Origin: Octopus bimaculoides
Lineage: Eukaryota
Direction of reading: 5' to 3'
DNA length: 64,000 bases
NCBI RefSeq assembly: GCF_001194135.2
Contig: NC_068982.1
Location: 175,083,733-175,147,732 of the forward strand
The notes under the pieces were generated by a model, which saw only the letters and a list, made by a program, of their open reading frames with translations, had not been told where the DNA came from and ran no database searches. Shown here one piece after another: positions 50,211 to 63,564 of this stretch (positions are counted from its first letter, which is position 1; each line of letters begins with the position of its first letter). The position numbers and the translations under genes were made by a program.

Positions 50211-52019
50211 CAACTGTAGCTTACGATATGACGTTTTTATTTTTTCCACTCCGCGTTTACCATTTTAACTTAATTTGCTGCTCTACAGCATTAGCTATAT
50301 ACAATGGCTAGTATAGTTGCCATTAATTGTTAGTTTTGCTACAACTATTTTATTAGTACTAAAGCTATATACAGGACTACGTACAAGTGACATAGCATGT
50401 ATATTGCAAAACTGAAATGCTACAGTACAGTAGCAAAGTAGTAAAACACAAAAAAAATTGAAGTTCTTTTCCTAAATATAATCAATTCTGACTGCAATGC
50501 TACAATATAATTTTATGATGGATGCAGAAATATAAGGAATGAGTTTCATAGAATACTAGCGGGCATACAAGGCGTTGAGTCAGTGACACAGATTCGATTC
50601 TTGGCCGAGCTATTTTCACTTTACCTGCTTCTTGTTGCATGCTATACTTAATATTAGTTAATGGGCTTGGAAGTGAAAACTTTCTCCCAGTACTGCATAA
50701 CGATGAAATCTTCAGTATTGTTACAACCATACCGCAAATGTTCTAAGATTTTGAATGAAGAACCGAGTAATGTAGTACGCAACCCTGAAGACTTTCTTTA
50801 CCGAACCACAGTTTTTGTTCTGTATTGCATTATGATTTCATGCGTTGACGTATGAACATCAATTTGTGAGAATATAACATAACAGATGGAATCCAGTTTG
50901 CACCAGAAACAGGACAGCCACATATTTTATCTCTTCGCTAAATATTGAAAAACGAAGTCGAATCCAGTTGATTGTGAACATAGAGCATTAAAAGAATCTA
51001 GCAAACTTGAGCCCAGTGCTAAAATTTCTGTTATTTCACTTCAATCTTAATTTGAGTGGTAGAACAACCGTGAGAACATTGGGAACTCTCAAGGATGGGG
51101 ATGGGGAATAAATTTCAAGGGTGAACTGGAGTGAATTGAGTATTTAAAAGAGTTGCGATTTTTGTTAGAAATAGAACATTTAAAGCAAAAACAATGCGTA
51201 TATTCTAAACATATTTTCAAAGAAGTCTTTGTCATGATTAAAGTATATAAGTAGGACATTATGCGATCAGGTTATAGAAACATGAAGAAGATGTGCCAAA
51301 GTGCAATATAATTTTATTACATAAGTCCCCACCTTGAGTTATTTCTAAAAGAATATTGACGCAGAAGACTTTAGTCCACGGAAATATAGTAAAAGGGACA
51401 CGATGGAGTAGAATAAGAAAATATGGATAAACTAGTGTACAAAATTAGTTTCTGTTTTGTTAGAATAATTTGGTGTTAGCTTTTCTTTTTACTTTGTAAA
51501 ACTTAGGGAGGGAAGATCTTGTGAAACACCATTCAATGAAGGGGACACTTTGCTACAAAAATTGAGAATGCTTTAGAGTATTTAGTTGCATTCTTTTAAA
51601 TCCTAAGTTCACTTCTGAGATCGATAAAAAAATAAAAGTAGGGCACTCGATTAAATTGACTCCACCCACCGAAAAAATATTTCTAAAATATTAAAAGGGA
51701 TAAATCTAGTGGAAGTAACTTTATTGCAGAGGACGTGCCGTGAGGCAACATATGTTGATGTTATTTATATTAGCGTCTTCTGAAGTTTGATTTACTGCGT
51801 TCATTTTATAAGTATTATATATCAAGGAAGAGAAGATTTTATTGGTTTTGTTGTCAACATAGATGCACCCTAGCATAGCCACAACGTGCAANNNNNNNNN
51901 NNNNNNNNNNNNNNNNNNNNNNNNNNNNNNNNNNNNNNNNNNNNNNNNNNNNNNNNNNNNNNNNNNNNNNNNNNNNNNNNNNNNNNNNNNNNNNNNNNNN
52001 NNNNNNNNNNNNNNNNNNN

Positions 52020-52054
<35 letters not shown>

Positions 52055-52714
52055 TATTGTTAATATATGACAAGATCATTATTAATTCTTTCTGCCTTTA
52101 CAATGGACCTTCATTTCAACATGGCAACTGGAGAATGTGATACTCTCAATAGCTGTAGCCAACATTTTCATTCGGAAGAAGATAAAAAGTAGTTTTTGTA
52201 TTGTGACTAATTAGCAACAATAATTGTTGCGTGCTTTTCATATTGAGCTGAATGTGACAATGTATTACTGAGAAGTATAGTGATTCTGTCTTTGTGACAC
52301 TGAAGGCGGTATCATTGCTTTGATTCCATTAAAGGATGTTTTAAGTCTCAGTGTAGATTCGCTAGAAATTTCTGGTTTGCAGGTAGATGACACTTGGGTG
52401 CGGAAGCTCCGGGAAGAATGAAGGAGAATAATCTGTGGAGAAGCGAGCATTGTTGGCAGTCACTGTAAGCTGGTCGTTGATGTATAAGAGGGAGGGTGCG
52501 GGCAACATTGAAGATAGCCTTTAGGTTTCACTTTATTCGCTTAATCACTGAATGTTGTTGCTTTTATCTTACTTCTTCATATCAGTCTGCCAATGTAGTT
52601 TGAATGAGTTATATAATAATCTTTTTTTTTAGTTTCTCCGAGTGAGGGATAAGTTGTTGAGATATTTAGCAATATTAAAGCGTTTTCTCACAACTCACCT
52701 AAACCTCGGAGACT

Positions 52715-52835
52715 GAGCTAGTAGAAATGTTAAAGAAACGGACAAACTGCTTTGCAATATTTGTTCTGACTTAACGTTCTGGATTCAAAACCTGTCGGAG
52801 TCAACTTTATCGTTCATCATCCCCACCCCCACCCG
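52715..52835 (+). mobile_element. Degenerate family C SINE head
   Basis: GAGCTAGTAGAAATGTTA...AACGTTCTGGATTCAAAACCTGTCGGAGTCAACTTTATCGTTCATC. Confidence 0.5.
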
Positions 52836-52904
52836 GAGCACTTATCGTATATACCTATTACATTACGTCCTTATTCGGAATTTTTATGTATGTATATATA
52901 TATA

Positions 52905-54288
52905 TAATAGAATTAGGTTTCAAAGGGAAAAGTGACTACACGTGGTATAAATAGGGGAAAAGTTAAAAGAAAAAAAGAGAAAATGCACATTGGATATAAA
53001 AAATAAAATAATGGCTTTTTTTTATAAAACGTTACGAAATATATATATATACAATTAGATGAACTGAGGTAGAATTAAGAGGTATAAAAGTTATTATTTT
53101 GAATTATTAAAGAGATTCAAAGTCATACCGGTATCGTCAAAAGCTGTTCACTGGCTTTGAATGAGCACCGATTTCCAAACAGTGCCGGGTCAAATAGTAC
53201 CTGAGTGAAAGGTTACATGCAGGGGAGGTAAGCAGTTCTGGAAGTGGGGCAATTAGTATAGATATAAATACTGTAATATGAATGGTGTATGGGAGGTATG
53301 GAAATTAGTGGTATTATTGGTAAGGTTAGTAGTGTCCTGTATTATTTTGTGTGTTCATGTTGAGTTGTGGATGATATTTATCGATGAAAGTTGCCTCTTT
53401 ATTTATTCTCTGCTGTACTGAGATGTTCTGTGAACATTTTAGAAAGGGAAAATTAAGAAGTTCGGTTTAAGGTTCCCAGCACATTTTTCTATGTATTCAT
53501 TGTTTTATCTCCTGTGAGAACGGGTAGATTTTAGATGATGATGTTGAAGGCCTCATTGTTTCTAGGGTTATGTGTGGAGATGTATGGGAGTATTTTTAAG
53601 TCTGGTGTAGTATTTCGGTTGACTTCACTTAATGTTCGTATGTCTATTTCCTTTGCTCGTTTAATCCCATCATTTATTAATGATGTTGAGTAATATCTCT
53701 TGATTAGTATTGATCTGAGTTGAAGGAGTCTTCGTTCACGAGTATTGGTGTCCGAAACTATGGTACAGATTCTTTTCGCCAGATTATAAGGTTTATTAAT
53801 TTTTATGTATTTGGGGTGGCATGAGTTAAATAATAGGTATTGTTTGGAATCTGTGGGTTTATAGAAGATGTCCGATGTGGTTATTGACTATTTTAGTTAG
53901 GATGTCAAGAAAAGGAAGTTGTTTATTGTTGTGTTCCATGGTGAATTCTATGTTGCTTTTGATATTGTTGAGCATTATTTTGAAATCGAGGAGTTTGTCC
54001 ACGCTATATTTTCAAGGTATGAAGCAATCATCTAAATACCTCTTCCGGTTCTCCTTTAAATAGCAATGAAATGAGGTGCCATATTTTTGTAGTGATGATT
54101 GGTACGATACCGGTATGACTTTGAATCTCTTTAATGATTTAAAATAATGACTTTTATACCTCTTAAATTCTACCTCAGTTCATCTAATTATATATATATT
54201 TCGTTACTTTTCGTAAAAAGCCTTTATTTTTATATCCAATGTGCATTTTCTTTTTTTCGTTTTACGTTTCCTCTCTCTCTCTCTCACA
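52905..54288 (-). mobile_element. 5'-truncated Penelope-like element with an inverted terminal duplication
   Basis: Minus frames give RYLDDCFIP, IEFTMEHNNKQLPFLDIL, IFYKPTDSKQYLLFNSCHPKY, YNLAKRICTIVSD and LPYISTHNPRN. Inverted arms lie at about 52954-53137 and 54104-54273. The element is embedded in (TA)n. Confidence 0.9.
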
Positions 54289-54521
54289 CTATATATATAT
54301 ATATATGTATATATATGTGTGTGTATATATATATACATAATATATATGTATATATATGCATGTGTATAATGTATATATATATATATACACACATATATAT
54401 ATGTATATATATATACATATATATATATACATATACATATATATACATATACATATATATATATATGTATATGTGTATATATATATATATACATATATAT
54501 GTATATATATGTATGTGTGTG

Positions 54522-54570
<49 letters not shown>

Positions 54571-54867
54571 CGTGTGTGTGGATAGGCAGCTAGATATTTT
54601 AAACTACGTATGTATAATTTATAATATCTCACTTTCACATCTGATGATTGTAAATGAAATACACGTAACTTCAATATCTGAAAGACTTAAAATGGGTATT
54701 TATTCTATCTGTATGTATAATGTTGTTTCCAGTTTGTTTTAATGTTTGCTTGACAGTACATATTCTATCTGTCTGCCTGTCTATCTATATACACATACGC
54801 ACACGCACGGCAACACACACACATTTATGCATACATATATATAGATATCTATATATCTATAGCTATA

Positions 54868-54956
<89 letters not shown>

Positions 54957-55498
54957 CAAATATACGTTATTAAAATGATGGGAACGTAGTGTAACTGACA
55001 AGTGTTGCATGATAGGTGAGATTTATAAATAGCGTCCTACATTTAGATTGTCAGAGAAATCAGCTTCTCAAGATTTCAAGACAATTCATCATAAGATGGT
55101 AGATCAATAAGTCACTCGAGGCCATTTTACTTGTGACATATTCGTAATCACTGCTAAATACGCGAAAGTTGCGAGACGACTTCTGTGGTTCATATTTACT
55201 ACATTTTTGAAGCAGCAATGAAATTCTTAACAACTAGGTATTGTTTGTTTGTTTAAGGGCTCGATCAGCCGTAAGCTTTTTCTTAAAAGGATGCTACCTT
55301 TTATTTGTCATCTTTTTTTGATTTAATTTTTTTTTTTACTAATTTTGTCAGAATGAGGGATCAGCGACCTTGACAATCACAGACTCTCCAAGACTGGTGG
55401 ATTCGATATCGTTGATCTTCGTCTTGGTCAACTAGAAGTTAAGGACAGGAAAGAAATATATGGGCTGAGAGGGATTCGAGAAGGTTGACCCTCTAGGC

Positions 55499-55850
55499 CA
55501 GTGGTTCTCAACCGGGTCCATATGGCCCCTGAGGGTTCATGTAAGATTTATGGGACTCCACACAACAAAATAGTAAAGCGGGCACCCACAATAGTATTTA
55601 AAAGGCCCCTAAAAAATTTACTTTAGCTGTATGTATTGGTATGTATTGCAAGAAACAGGTAAATTTCTTTTTCTAACATTTTACATTGTCCAACCTGCAC
55701 AAGTGAATGTGTGAAAAACGAAATAGGAATTTCGAAAGAAGTTTCTATAAAACTAGTTTTTAGACATCGAATGGCTACGGGGACCCACCGAAATAAAATA
55801 GTAATCAAAGGAGTCCATAGATAAAAAAAAAAAGTTATTGAGAACCCCTG
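55499..55850. mobile_element. hAT (Charlie-type) MITE
   Basis: TIRs CAGTGGTTCTCAA / TTGAGAACCCCTG. The 8-bp TSD is CTCTAGGC (55491-55498) / CTCTAGGA (55851-55858) with a central TA. Confidence 0.9.
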
Positions 55851-56219
55851 CTCTAGGAGAAAGGATAATTAATGCGAGGCCTAGAATGGATAGAAATAAT
55901 ATTGGGCGAGAAAAAAGGGGTGACACATGAATACATACATTTGACTACTCCAGTGTAAAATCACTCCATCAGGTAAATGTTCTATTTATTGTTTATCTTA
56001 AACTTATTTAAAAATAATTACCTTATTATTTTAAAATAAAACCTTATTTATATGCATATGAGGAGAGAGAGCGAGAGGGAGTAAGGGAGAGGGTGAGAGA
56101 GTGACAGAGAGAAACAGACAGAGGTTAGCTGGAGAACGAAGACCTGCTAAGAAGAACAAAACTAAAATATTGTCTGTAAAGTATCATTGAGTGTAGCACT
56201 TAGCGATGTTGGTTGAACG

Positions 56220-56470
56220 AATCCAGGTAAAAAAAGTCACAAGAAAAAATGTCACGGAAAAAAAGTCACAGGAGTTTTGTCCGGGGTGGGTTTTGTCCGG
56301 GGTGAGTTTTGTCCGGGGTGGGTTTTGTCCGAGAGGGTTTTGTCCTAGGGAGTTTTTGTCTGGATCCCATAAATTAATTGTGACTTTTTTTTCTGTGACT
56401 TTTTTCCTAGCCAAAATTGTGACTTTATTACTGTGACTTTTTTTTCAGTGACTTTATTACTGGTCACCAG
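56220..56470. repeat. Nested short-unit arrays with foldback symmetry (AAAAAAGTCAC / GTGACTTTTTT and GGGTTTTGTCC units)
   Basis: 3 AAAAA-GTCAC-type units, then about 6 TTTTGTCC units ending CTGGATCCC, then about 6 GTGACTTT(T/A) units ending CTGGTCACC. Confidence 0.8.
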
Positions 56471-56984
56471 TTGAACATTGTTAGATGTGGTATGCATCCA
56501 GCTATGAACGAGGAGAATAGGTTATGGTACTGGTGGTACAAAAGTCATAGTGCGGTGTGGTGACAACACATCTGTGAAACAGAGAAGCAAGTGATGACTG
56601 TCAGTGAGCACATGACAATAAGTCGAGTTTCTTTCTTATTGTGCAGTTGTAGATGTTCATGTGTAACAGCTGCTCTGCACAAGATGCGGGTCGCGCATAA
56701 ACATCTACATACAACTTTCTGTCTTTCTTTCTCTTTTGTTTCTCTCATTCAGTCTGTCCGTCTTTAGATCCCTCGTTCGAATAATCGCACAAGAAGCTTT
56801 ACACATGTCTAACACGAGGATGTATTGAACACTTGTGTTTTTTTCTAGTATAAATGACACATGCACAGAAATACATATACATGTATATGCACATACCCAC
56901 ACGCACGCGTGCACACACATACGTATATATATCTTCGCACACTCACATTATATATATATGTGTGTGTGTGTGTGTGCATATATA

Positions 56985-57245
56985 TATAGGGAGAATTCAC
57001 AAAATAACAAAAAAAAAACAACAAAAGTCGAAGACAGGTAGTGTATACAACAAACAGATGTATTAGTTTAACGCTCGGGAAGTGAAAAAGTCTTTAACGT
57101 TTCGAACCTACGCACTTCCACAGAAATGAACACAGAAGAAACAAGGATTTTGCAACGTCATGTACCCAGATATGCATCTATGTATACATGTAGATGAAGG
57201 TATGTACACACATGTACATATATATGCATATACTCATATTTATAT
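56985..57245. mobile_element. Two divergent PLE-type tails back to back, the left one with a degenerate hammerhead motif (57093-57126, minus)
   Basis: Minus strand TTT-CTGTGGA-A-GTGC-gtag-GTTC-GAAA-CG-TT-AAAG. Plus strand 57145-57245 is the family E tail end (GTACCCAGATATGCATCTATG...). Confidence 0.5.
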
Positions 57246-57406
57246 ATATATATATATACCAAGAACCTTTTTTATTCTACGATATACACACACACGCATA
57301 TATGGGTGTATATATATATGCGTGCACACATACGGATTTATTAATACAACATCCGTACGTGCATAAGTAAATATGTTGTCTTTATCTTTTTCATACAAAT
57401 AGTGAT

Positions 57407-57452
<46 letters not shown>

Positions 57453-57462
57453 NNNNNNNNNN

Positions 57463-57504
<42 letters not shown>

Positions 57505-57547
57505 CCTCTCACACACACAAATATACGCATACATACACGCACGTGTT

Positions 57548-57578
<31 letters not shown>

Positions 57579-59111
57579 TTATGTTATTTATAATATATAT
57601 TATATACGTATATGTATGCATCATGTTTTATTATATATAAATAATATAAATGTGAATATATTTATATATATATACATACGTATACACACACATACAGACA
57701 CTCATATATTTATGTATGTATGTTTGTATGTATGCATACATGTCTTTTGTAGGAGCTTGTGAACAAACACATATATACACACGCCTATCCATTATGTAAC
57801 CATTGTTGAACAACACTGGTATTCGCATGACCTAGACGCAGAGTCGTCCTGGTTCAGTAACAGAGGGTAAGTTTTTTCAGGTTTTCTTTTCCCAGGCGAT
57901 TGGCGCCTTCACTACTGTTGGAACTTTGTTTCGATGTGTTCACAGACTCAGTTCCTTAGTGCATTGGAAGAAGAAAAAAAAAAGAGGAAAAAGGAGGTAG
58001 AGGAAAAGAAAATTAATAATGCCTCCCCCACTCTCAAAAGTCACCAACAAAAAATATCACCGCCAACGCCACAGCTACCACTACCGGCTTAAACCACCCC
58101 ACACGGCAAGAACAACATCAACAATACTGGTACCTATTCAGCGATCACCATTTAGTCCACTAACACGGCAATATTCTTCACTAACTGTAATCCCCCACCT
58201 CATATACGCAAGAGAAAAAAAAAACAAAAAACAAAGAGAAAACCGCCAATATCAACAGGGACGCTACGTCTCTGACTTCTGACTAATTAACGGCAATAAT
58301 AGCACTCCTTCACCATAATCACCGTCACGACGACGACGACGACCACCACCGCCACTACCACCACCACCACCACCACCACCAACAACAACTGTACAATCTA
58401 TATGTGCCAACGCGTCATTCTCACTCAAATCAAGCCCTACCGTTTTTAGCCAAGAACTTATTGGGTAATATGGTCCCAGGTGTTCTATACTTAAGGAAAA
58501 AGACATGGTGGCCTTTCATCAGAGGTCTGCTCGATCAAATTCGGTTCTAAANNNNNNNNNNNNNNNNNNNNNNNNNNNNNNNNNNNNNNNNNNNNNNNNN
58601 NNNNNNNNNNNNNNNNNNNNNNNNNNNNNNNNNNNNNNNNNNNNNNNNNNNNNNNNNNNNNNNNNNNNNNNNNNNNNNNNNNNNNNNNNNNNNNNNNNNN
58701 NNNNNNNNNNNNNNNNNNNNNNNNNNNNNNNNNNNNNNNNNNNNNNNNNNNNNNNNNNNNNNNNNNNNNNNNNNNNNNNNNNNNNNNNNNNNNNNNNNNN
58801 NNNNNNNNNNNNNNNNNNNNNNNNNNNNNNNNNNNNNNNNNNNNNNNNNNNNNNNNNNNNNNNNNNNNNNNNNNNNNNNNNNNNNNNNNNNNNNNNNNNN
58901 NNNNNNNNNNNNNNNNNNNNNNNNNNNNNNNNNNNNNNNNNNNNNNNNNNNNNNNNNNNNNNNNNNNNNNNNNNNNNNNNNNNNNNNNNNNNNNNNNNNN
59001 NNNNNNNNNNNNNNNNNNNNNNNNNNNNNNNNNNNNNNNNNNNNNNNNNNNNNNNNNNNNCCTTGTTAGTCCCCTCTTTGTAATGCCTTTATGGCAAATA
59101 TTTATGAAATA

Positions 59112-59490
59112 AAGTAGCTTGTTAACGAACCACATGGTTCCGGGTTCAGTCCCACTGCGTGGCACTTTGGGCAAGTGTCTTCTACTATAGCCTCGGGCCG
59201 ACCAAAGCCGTGTGAGTGGATTTGGTAGAGGGAAACTGAAAGAAGCCCGTCGTATATATGTATATATATATATGTATGTATGTGTGTGTATATGTTTGTC
59301 CCCCCCAACATCGCTTGACGACCGATGCTGGTGTGTTTACGTCCCCGTAACTTAGCGGTTTAGCAAAAGCAACCGATAGAATAAGTACTAGGCTTCCAAA
59401 GAATAAGTCCTGGGGTTGATTTGCTCGACTAAAGGTATGGTGCTCCAGCATGGCCACAGTCAAATGGCTGAAACAGGTAAAAGAGAGTAA
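59112..59490 (+). mobile_element. Family A SINE, slightly 5'-clipped
   Basis: High similarity to 6780-7155 over its whole length. Confidence 0.9.
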
Positions 59491-60561
59491 CAAAATGAAG
59501 AACGATAACATGGCGACAGGAGCAAATAAAAGAGAAAAGGAAGATGAGAAAAAAGGCGGAAAAAGAAGGGAAAGAGATCATAATGAAAATATGTCACCAT
59601 AGTTTTACTGTGTACCTACAGCCACGTTAGGTGATATATTGTGATGCTGAGTCTGTAGTATTAGTCACTATCATCAGATGATGTCAGTATCTGTATGTCA
59701 TCAGTGAGGGAACAGCTACATAGCCATTTCTGCCACATACATACATACATTCAGACACAGACACACACACACACTTAAGTATATATGAGCATGTCTAGAT
59801 ATGCGACTATATGCATAAGAATATATACATAAAACAAAATCTGCATGCATGCATACATACATACATACATACATACATACAAAAATACCCTGTTATTGAT
59901 GTTGAAATTCTAATGAAGGAGCCTTGGAATTAGATTAGATAGAAACCGGCCTTTTCTCTATTGGCAAGACATTTTCAAAATAAAACTGAACAGTGACATA
60001 CATACATGTATACATACACGCATGCATGTCTGCATCCATCCATCCATCCATCCATCCATCCATCCATCCATCCATCCATCCATCCATCCATACAGCTTTG
60101 TATCTTTGTTAGAAACCAACTCCATTTTCAGGGGAAGAATTTCAATAATTAAAAACAGAAGAGAACGAACATATATACAAGCTATGATAACTTTGGAAAA
60201 TTCTTGATTCTTGAGATTATCTCCCCTTTTCGTATGCGGCTGGTCTTAATTGCTATTTGGTACTTTTGACACATCCTCTAGAGGAGGAGAAAATTTCAAT
60301 AAACCAGGAATTTATGTTATATGTTATTTGATATACCTATATTTGTCTATGTTGTTCAAATAGATGCCAACAACGTCTTTGAGTTACTTATTATAGTTTA
60401 CATTGGCCTTAAGTTTGTTCTAGTCTTGGCAGCTGGAGTTAAGATAGAGCACTTGTGCTGACGACGGTTACCGAGGCAGAAATACATGTCGATGATAATC
60501 TTACGTATGTATGTATGTATGTATGTATGTATGTATGTATGCGTGTGTGTGTGTGTGTACA

Positions 60562-60623
<62 letters not shown>

Positions 60624-60624
60624 C

Positions 60625-61010
60625 CTTTTTACCTTTTATTTCACTTATAAGACTGCGACCATGCTCAGATACCGTCTTGAAGAATTTTTAGTGAAATAAA
60701 CTGATCCCAGTACTTATTCTTTTAATTTACGTACTTATTCTATCGGTCTCTTTTGCCGCACCACTAGGTTACGGGGACGGAAACACCAACACCGTTTGTC
60801 AAGCGGTGGTCAGGGACAAGCACACACTCAGACAGACAGATACACACGCACACACACACACAACAGGCTTCTTTCAGCCTCCGTCTATCAAGTCCACTCA
60901 CAAGGCTTTGGTTGGCCCGAGGCTGTAGAACAAGATACTTGCCCAAGGTGCCATGCAGTGGGTCTGAACCCGGAACTATTTGTTTGAAGTAGGCTTCTTA
61001 CCACATAGAC
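60625..61010 (-). mobile_element. Family A SINE variant
   Basis: TACTTATTCTATCGGTCTCTTTTGCCG, AGTCCACTCACAAGGCTTTGGTTGGCCCGAGGCT and CTTGCCCAAGGTGCCATGCAGTGG. Confidence 0.85.
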
Positions 61011-61491
61011 GTCTCTCTCTCACCCCCTCTCTCTAGGCATATAGAACCCCACCAGGAAACTGTCACCATCTTTAAGCGAGAGACAAGATAAAAAGATAAA
61101 ATGAAAATATACATCCTTCCCCCTCATCTTTGCTTCTACTTATATCTCAATTTTACTGTTACAAACCATTTGTGTGTCGTAATCCCAGCCATATTCTCTA
61201 TGACGTAGGCCCTCATAGGCCATGGATAATTACCTCTCGTTTGCAGTAAGCTTCGTGTTTCACTACTCTCCCCACTCCCCACTGCTTAAATTGAACAAAC
61301 TCTATTTTTATCCGACGAGACTCCAGTGAAGTTAATATATAAGTATAAGTCCAGCAGGGAATTAGTAAATTAGTAGGTGTTACTACACTGTACAGTCGAA
61401 TGTAAAAATTAAATAAATGAATAAATATTTTTATTGTAACTGGTGGAACGTGGCAATTTGAAAATATATTTTCTTGGCCATCAACACACAC

Positions 61492-61527
<36 letters not shown>

Positions 61528-61536
61528 ACACACACT

Positions 61537-61692
61537 CAAGTGGTAGAGACGTTAGAAGATAGGATAGAATAGTTGCAGTATTTGTTTCGGGTCTCTGCTT
61601 TCCGGGTTCAAATCCCGATAGTGATAACTTTTGCCTTTCTTTCGAGGTCGATAAGTAAAGTATGAATTGTTAGTCAAAGTAGTGGTGGAGAT

Positions 61693-61695
<3 letters not shown>
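61537..61695 (+). mobile_element. Degenerate family C SINE
   Basis: GTGGTAGAGACGTTAGAA...CCGGGTTCAAATCCCG...TTTGCCTTTCTTTCGAGGTCGATAAG. Confidence 0.65.
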
Positions 61696-61734
<39 letters not shown>

Positions 61735-61984
61735 ACGCACTTACACACGCGCGTCCTCTCATTCTCTTTCTAGCGATAAAATCTGTTGTGGTCAGCCCTA
61801 GATAGGGAATGGTTCCGCTGTAAGCATGCGCACAGACGTAAGTGCGCACGCAGAGATAATGAGGATCAGATAAGCAGATATTAATAACCGCGACCAGATG
61901 CGAACCAGCAACGTGTAGAAACGTCTCGGTTCCACTCACCAGTTTTCATAAACTACCACAGTTTGTTATTTCAATCACGAAAAC

Positions 61985-62482
61985 TATATTTGCCTTAAAC
62001 TGTTGTCGTCATCATCATCATCATCATCATCATTATCGTCTTCACTACTACCAATGCCCCCACCCTCCCGTCTTCGCTATCTTTCTCACCGTGCTCTTCA
62101 TAATTTTCAGCATTATCATCACCTTCCTCCTCCTCCCCCTCCTCCTCTTCCACCTCCTCCTCCTCATCATCATCTCCCACTCCTCCTCCGCCACCCCACC
62201 CCCACTACTACCAACACTACTACTACTACTACTAATCACCATCACAGCTAATAATACCTCATCATCGTTATCGTCGCCGCCACCACCACCACTGCTGCTG
62301 CTGCTACTACTACTACTACTACTCATCACCATCATCATCGCCTTCACAACGAACGGTAACTCATCATCGTTATCGTTATTTTTGTCACCGTGCTCTTCAT
62401 AATTTTCATCATCATCATCATCATCATCATCTTCCTCCTCCTCCTCCTCCTCATCATCATCACCATCGTCGTCATTCTCCTC

Positions 62483-62519
<37 letters not shown>

Positions 62520-62801
62520 TCATTTCAACGATGCCAGTCATGATCACAGTTTGCAATTCCCGTGACCAAACGCCTCTTCCTGACAATTGCCACACGGTGT
62601 TACAACGTCAAAGGCAGCTGTTGCTGCTGCTGCCCTTGATCGTGGTGGCAGTGACGGTGGTGCAAATGATCCTTAAGACAATTTGCCGGTCTTCTCTTGA
62701 TGACGTCGAGTCCACAAGAATCATTTCAACGAGGTTCTCTCTAAACCTTCATGAATGTAGCGACCGAAAACACTCTTTCCTCATCACCCTTTCACCTTCC
62801 T

Positions 62802-62851
<50 letters not shown>

Positions 62852-62930
62852 CTCCCTCCTTCCTTCCTTCCTTTCTTTCTTCCCTTCCTCCCTCCCTCCT
62901 TTCTTTCTTTCTTTCTTTCTTTCTCCCCCG
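61985..62930. repeat. Mosaic of trinucleotide runs (CAT, CCT, ACT, CAC, CGT, GCT) plus (CTTT)n
   Basis: Direct reading. Includes an internal duplicated block TCACCGTGCTCTTCATAATTTTCA at about 62085 and 62385. Confidence 0.9.
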
Positions 62931-63084
62931 TCACTCTTATGATACACCTTTATATTCAAACTGCTGCTTGATCATCACAATGGCGTTGGTGGAGGAAAGA
63001 TGGTGTAGGAAAACAGCACCCCCCAACCCACCCCACCAAAAAAACAAGCAGTAGTAGTAGGAGGAGGAAGATAATAAATTCTTA

Positions 63085-63497
63085 CATGAAGCACCAAGGT
63101 TTAAACTTCGTCGGGGGTGGGGGAAGGTTGTAATCGATTAAATCGATCTCAGTAATCGGCTGCTAATTTTACTTCATCAATTCCCCAGAAGTACGATCAG
63201 CAAAGTTGACCATTGTAGGAGTTAGGACACAGAACATAAAGCGCCTAACTTAAGAACGTGGATAAAGTGAAACATGGGGAATAATGGTCTCAAATTTTAG
63301 CACAAGGCCAGAAATTTTAGGAAGCGGGATAAGTCGACTATATCAACCCCGGTGTTTAACTGGTTCTTATTTTATCGACCCTAAAAATGAAAGGCAAAGT
63401 CAAAGTCGGTGGCATTTGACCTTAGAACGTAAAGTCATACGAAATACAGCCAAGCTTTTGTCCGACGTGCTAACGATTCTGCTAGTTGGTCAACTTA
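63085..63497 (-). mobile_element. Two tandem family C SINE copies (63085-63245 degenerate; 63281-63497)
   Basis: The second copy reads TCTCAAATTTTAGCACAAGGCCAG...CTGGTTCTTATTTTATCGACCC...GCTAACGATTCTGC, with AAACATGG..ATAAT on both flanks. Confidence 0.8.
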
Positions 63498-63564
63498 AAC
63501 ATGGAGAAGAATAATAAAAGTAGCAACAATAAGAAGAAATTTCTTTCAGTGGTCACAAGTACCA

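Noticed and set aside
50500-50730. Frame ending QQEAG|GTAAAG as the missing hkb finger-1 exon (phase matches)
   Set aside because: It lacks the second Cys and both His ligands, so it is not a C2H2 finger.
54635-54672. CTGATGA...GAAA words on the plus strand
   Set aside because: No credible stem II and no NUH triplet at the required position.
61995-62971. Poly-Glu/Asp, poly-His/Gln and poly-Leu ORFs as a low-complexity protein
   Set aside because: Open frames occur on both strands purely because of triplet repeats; no recognisable domain or splice structure.
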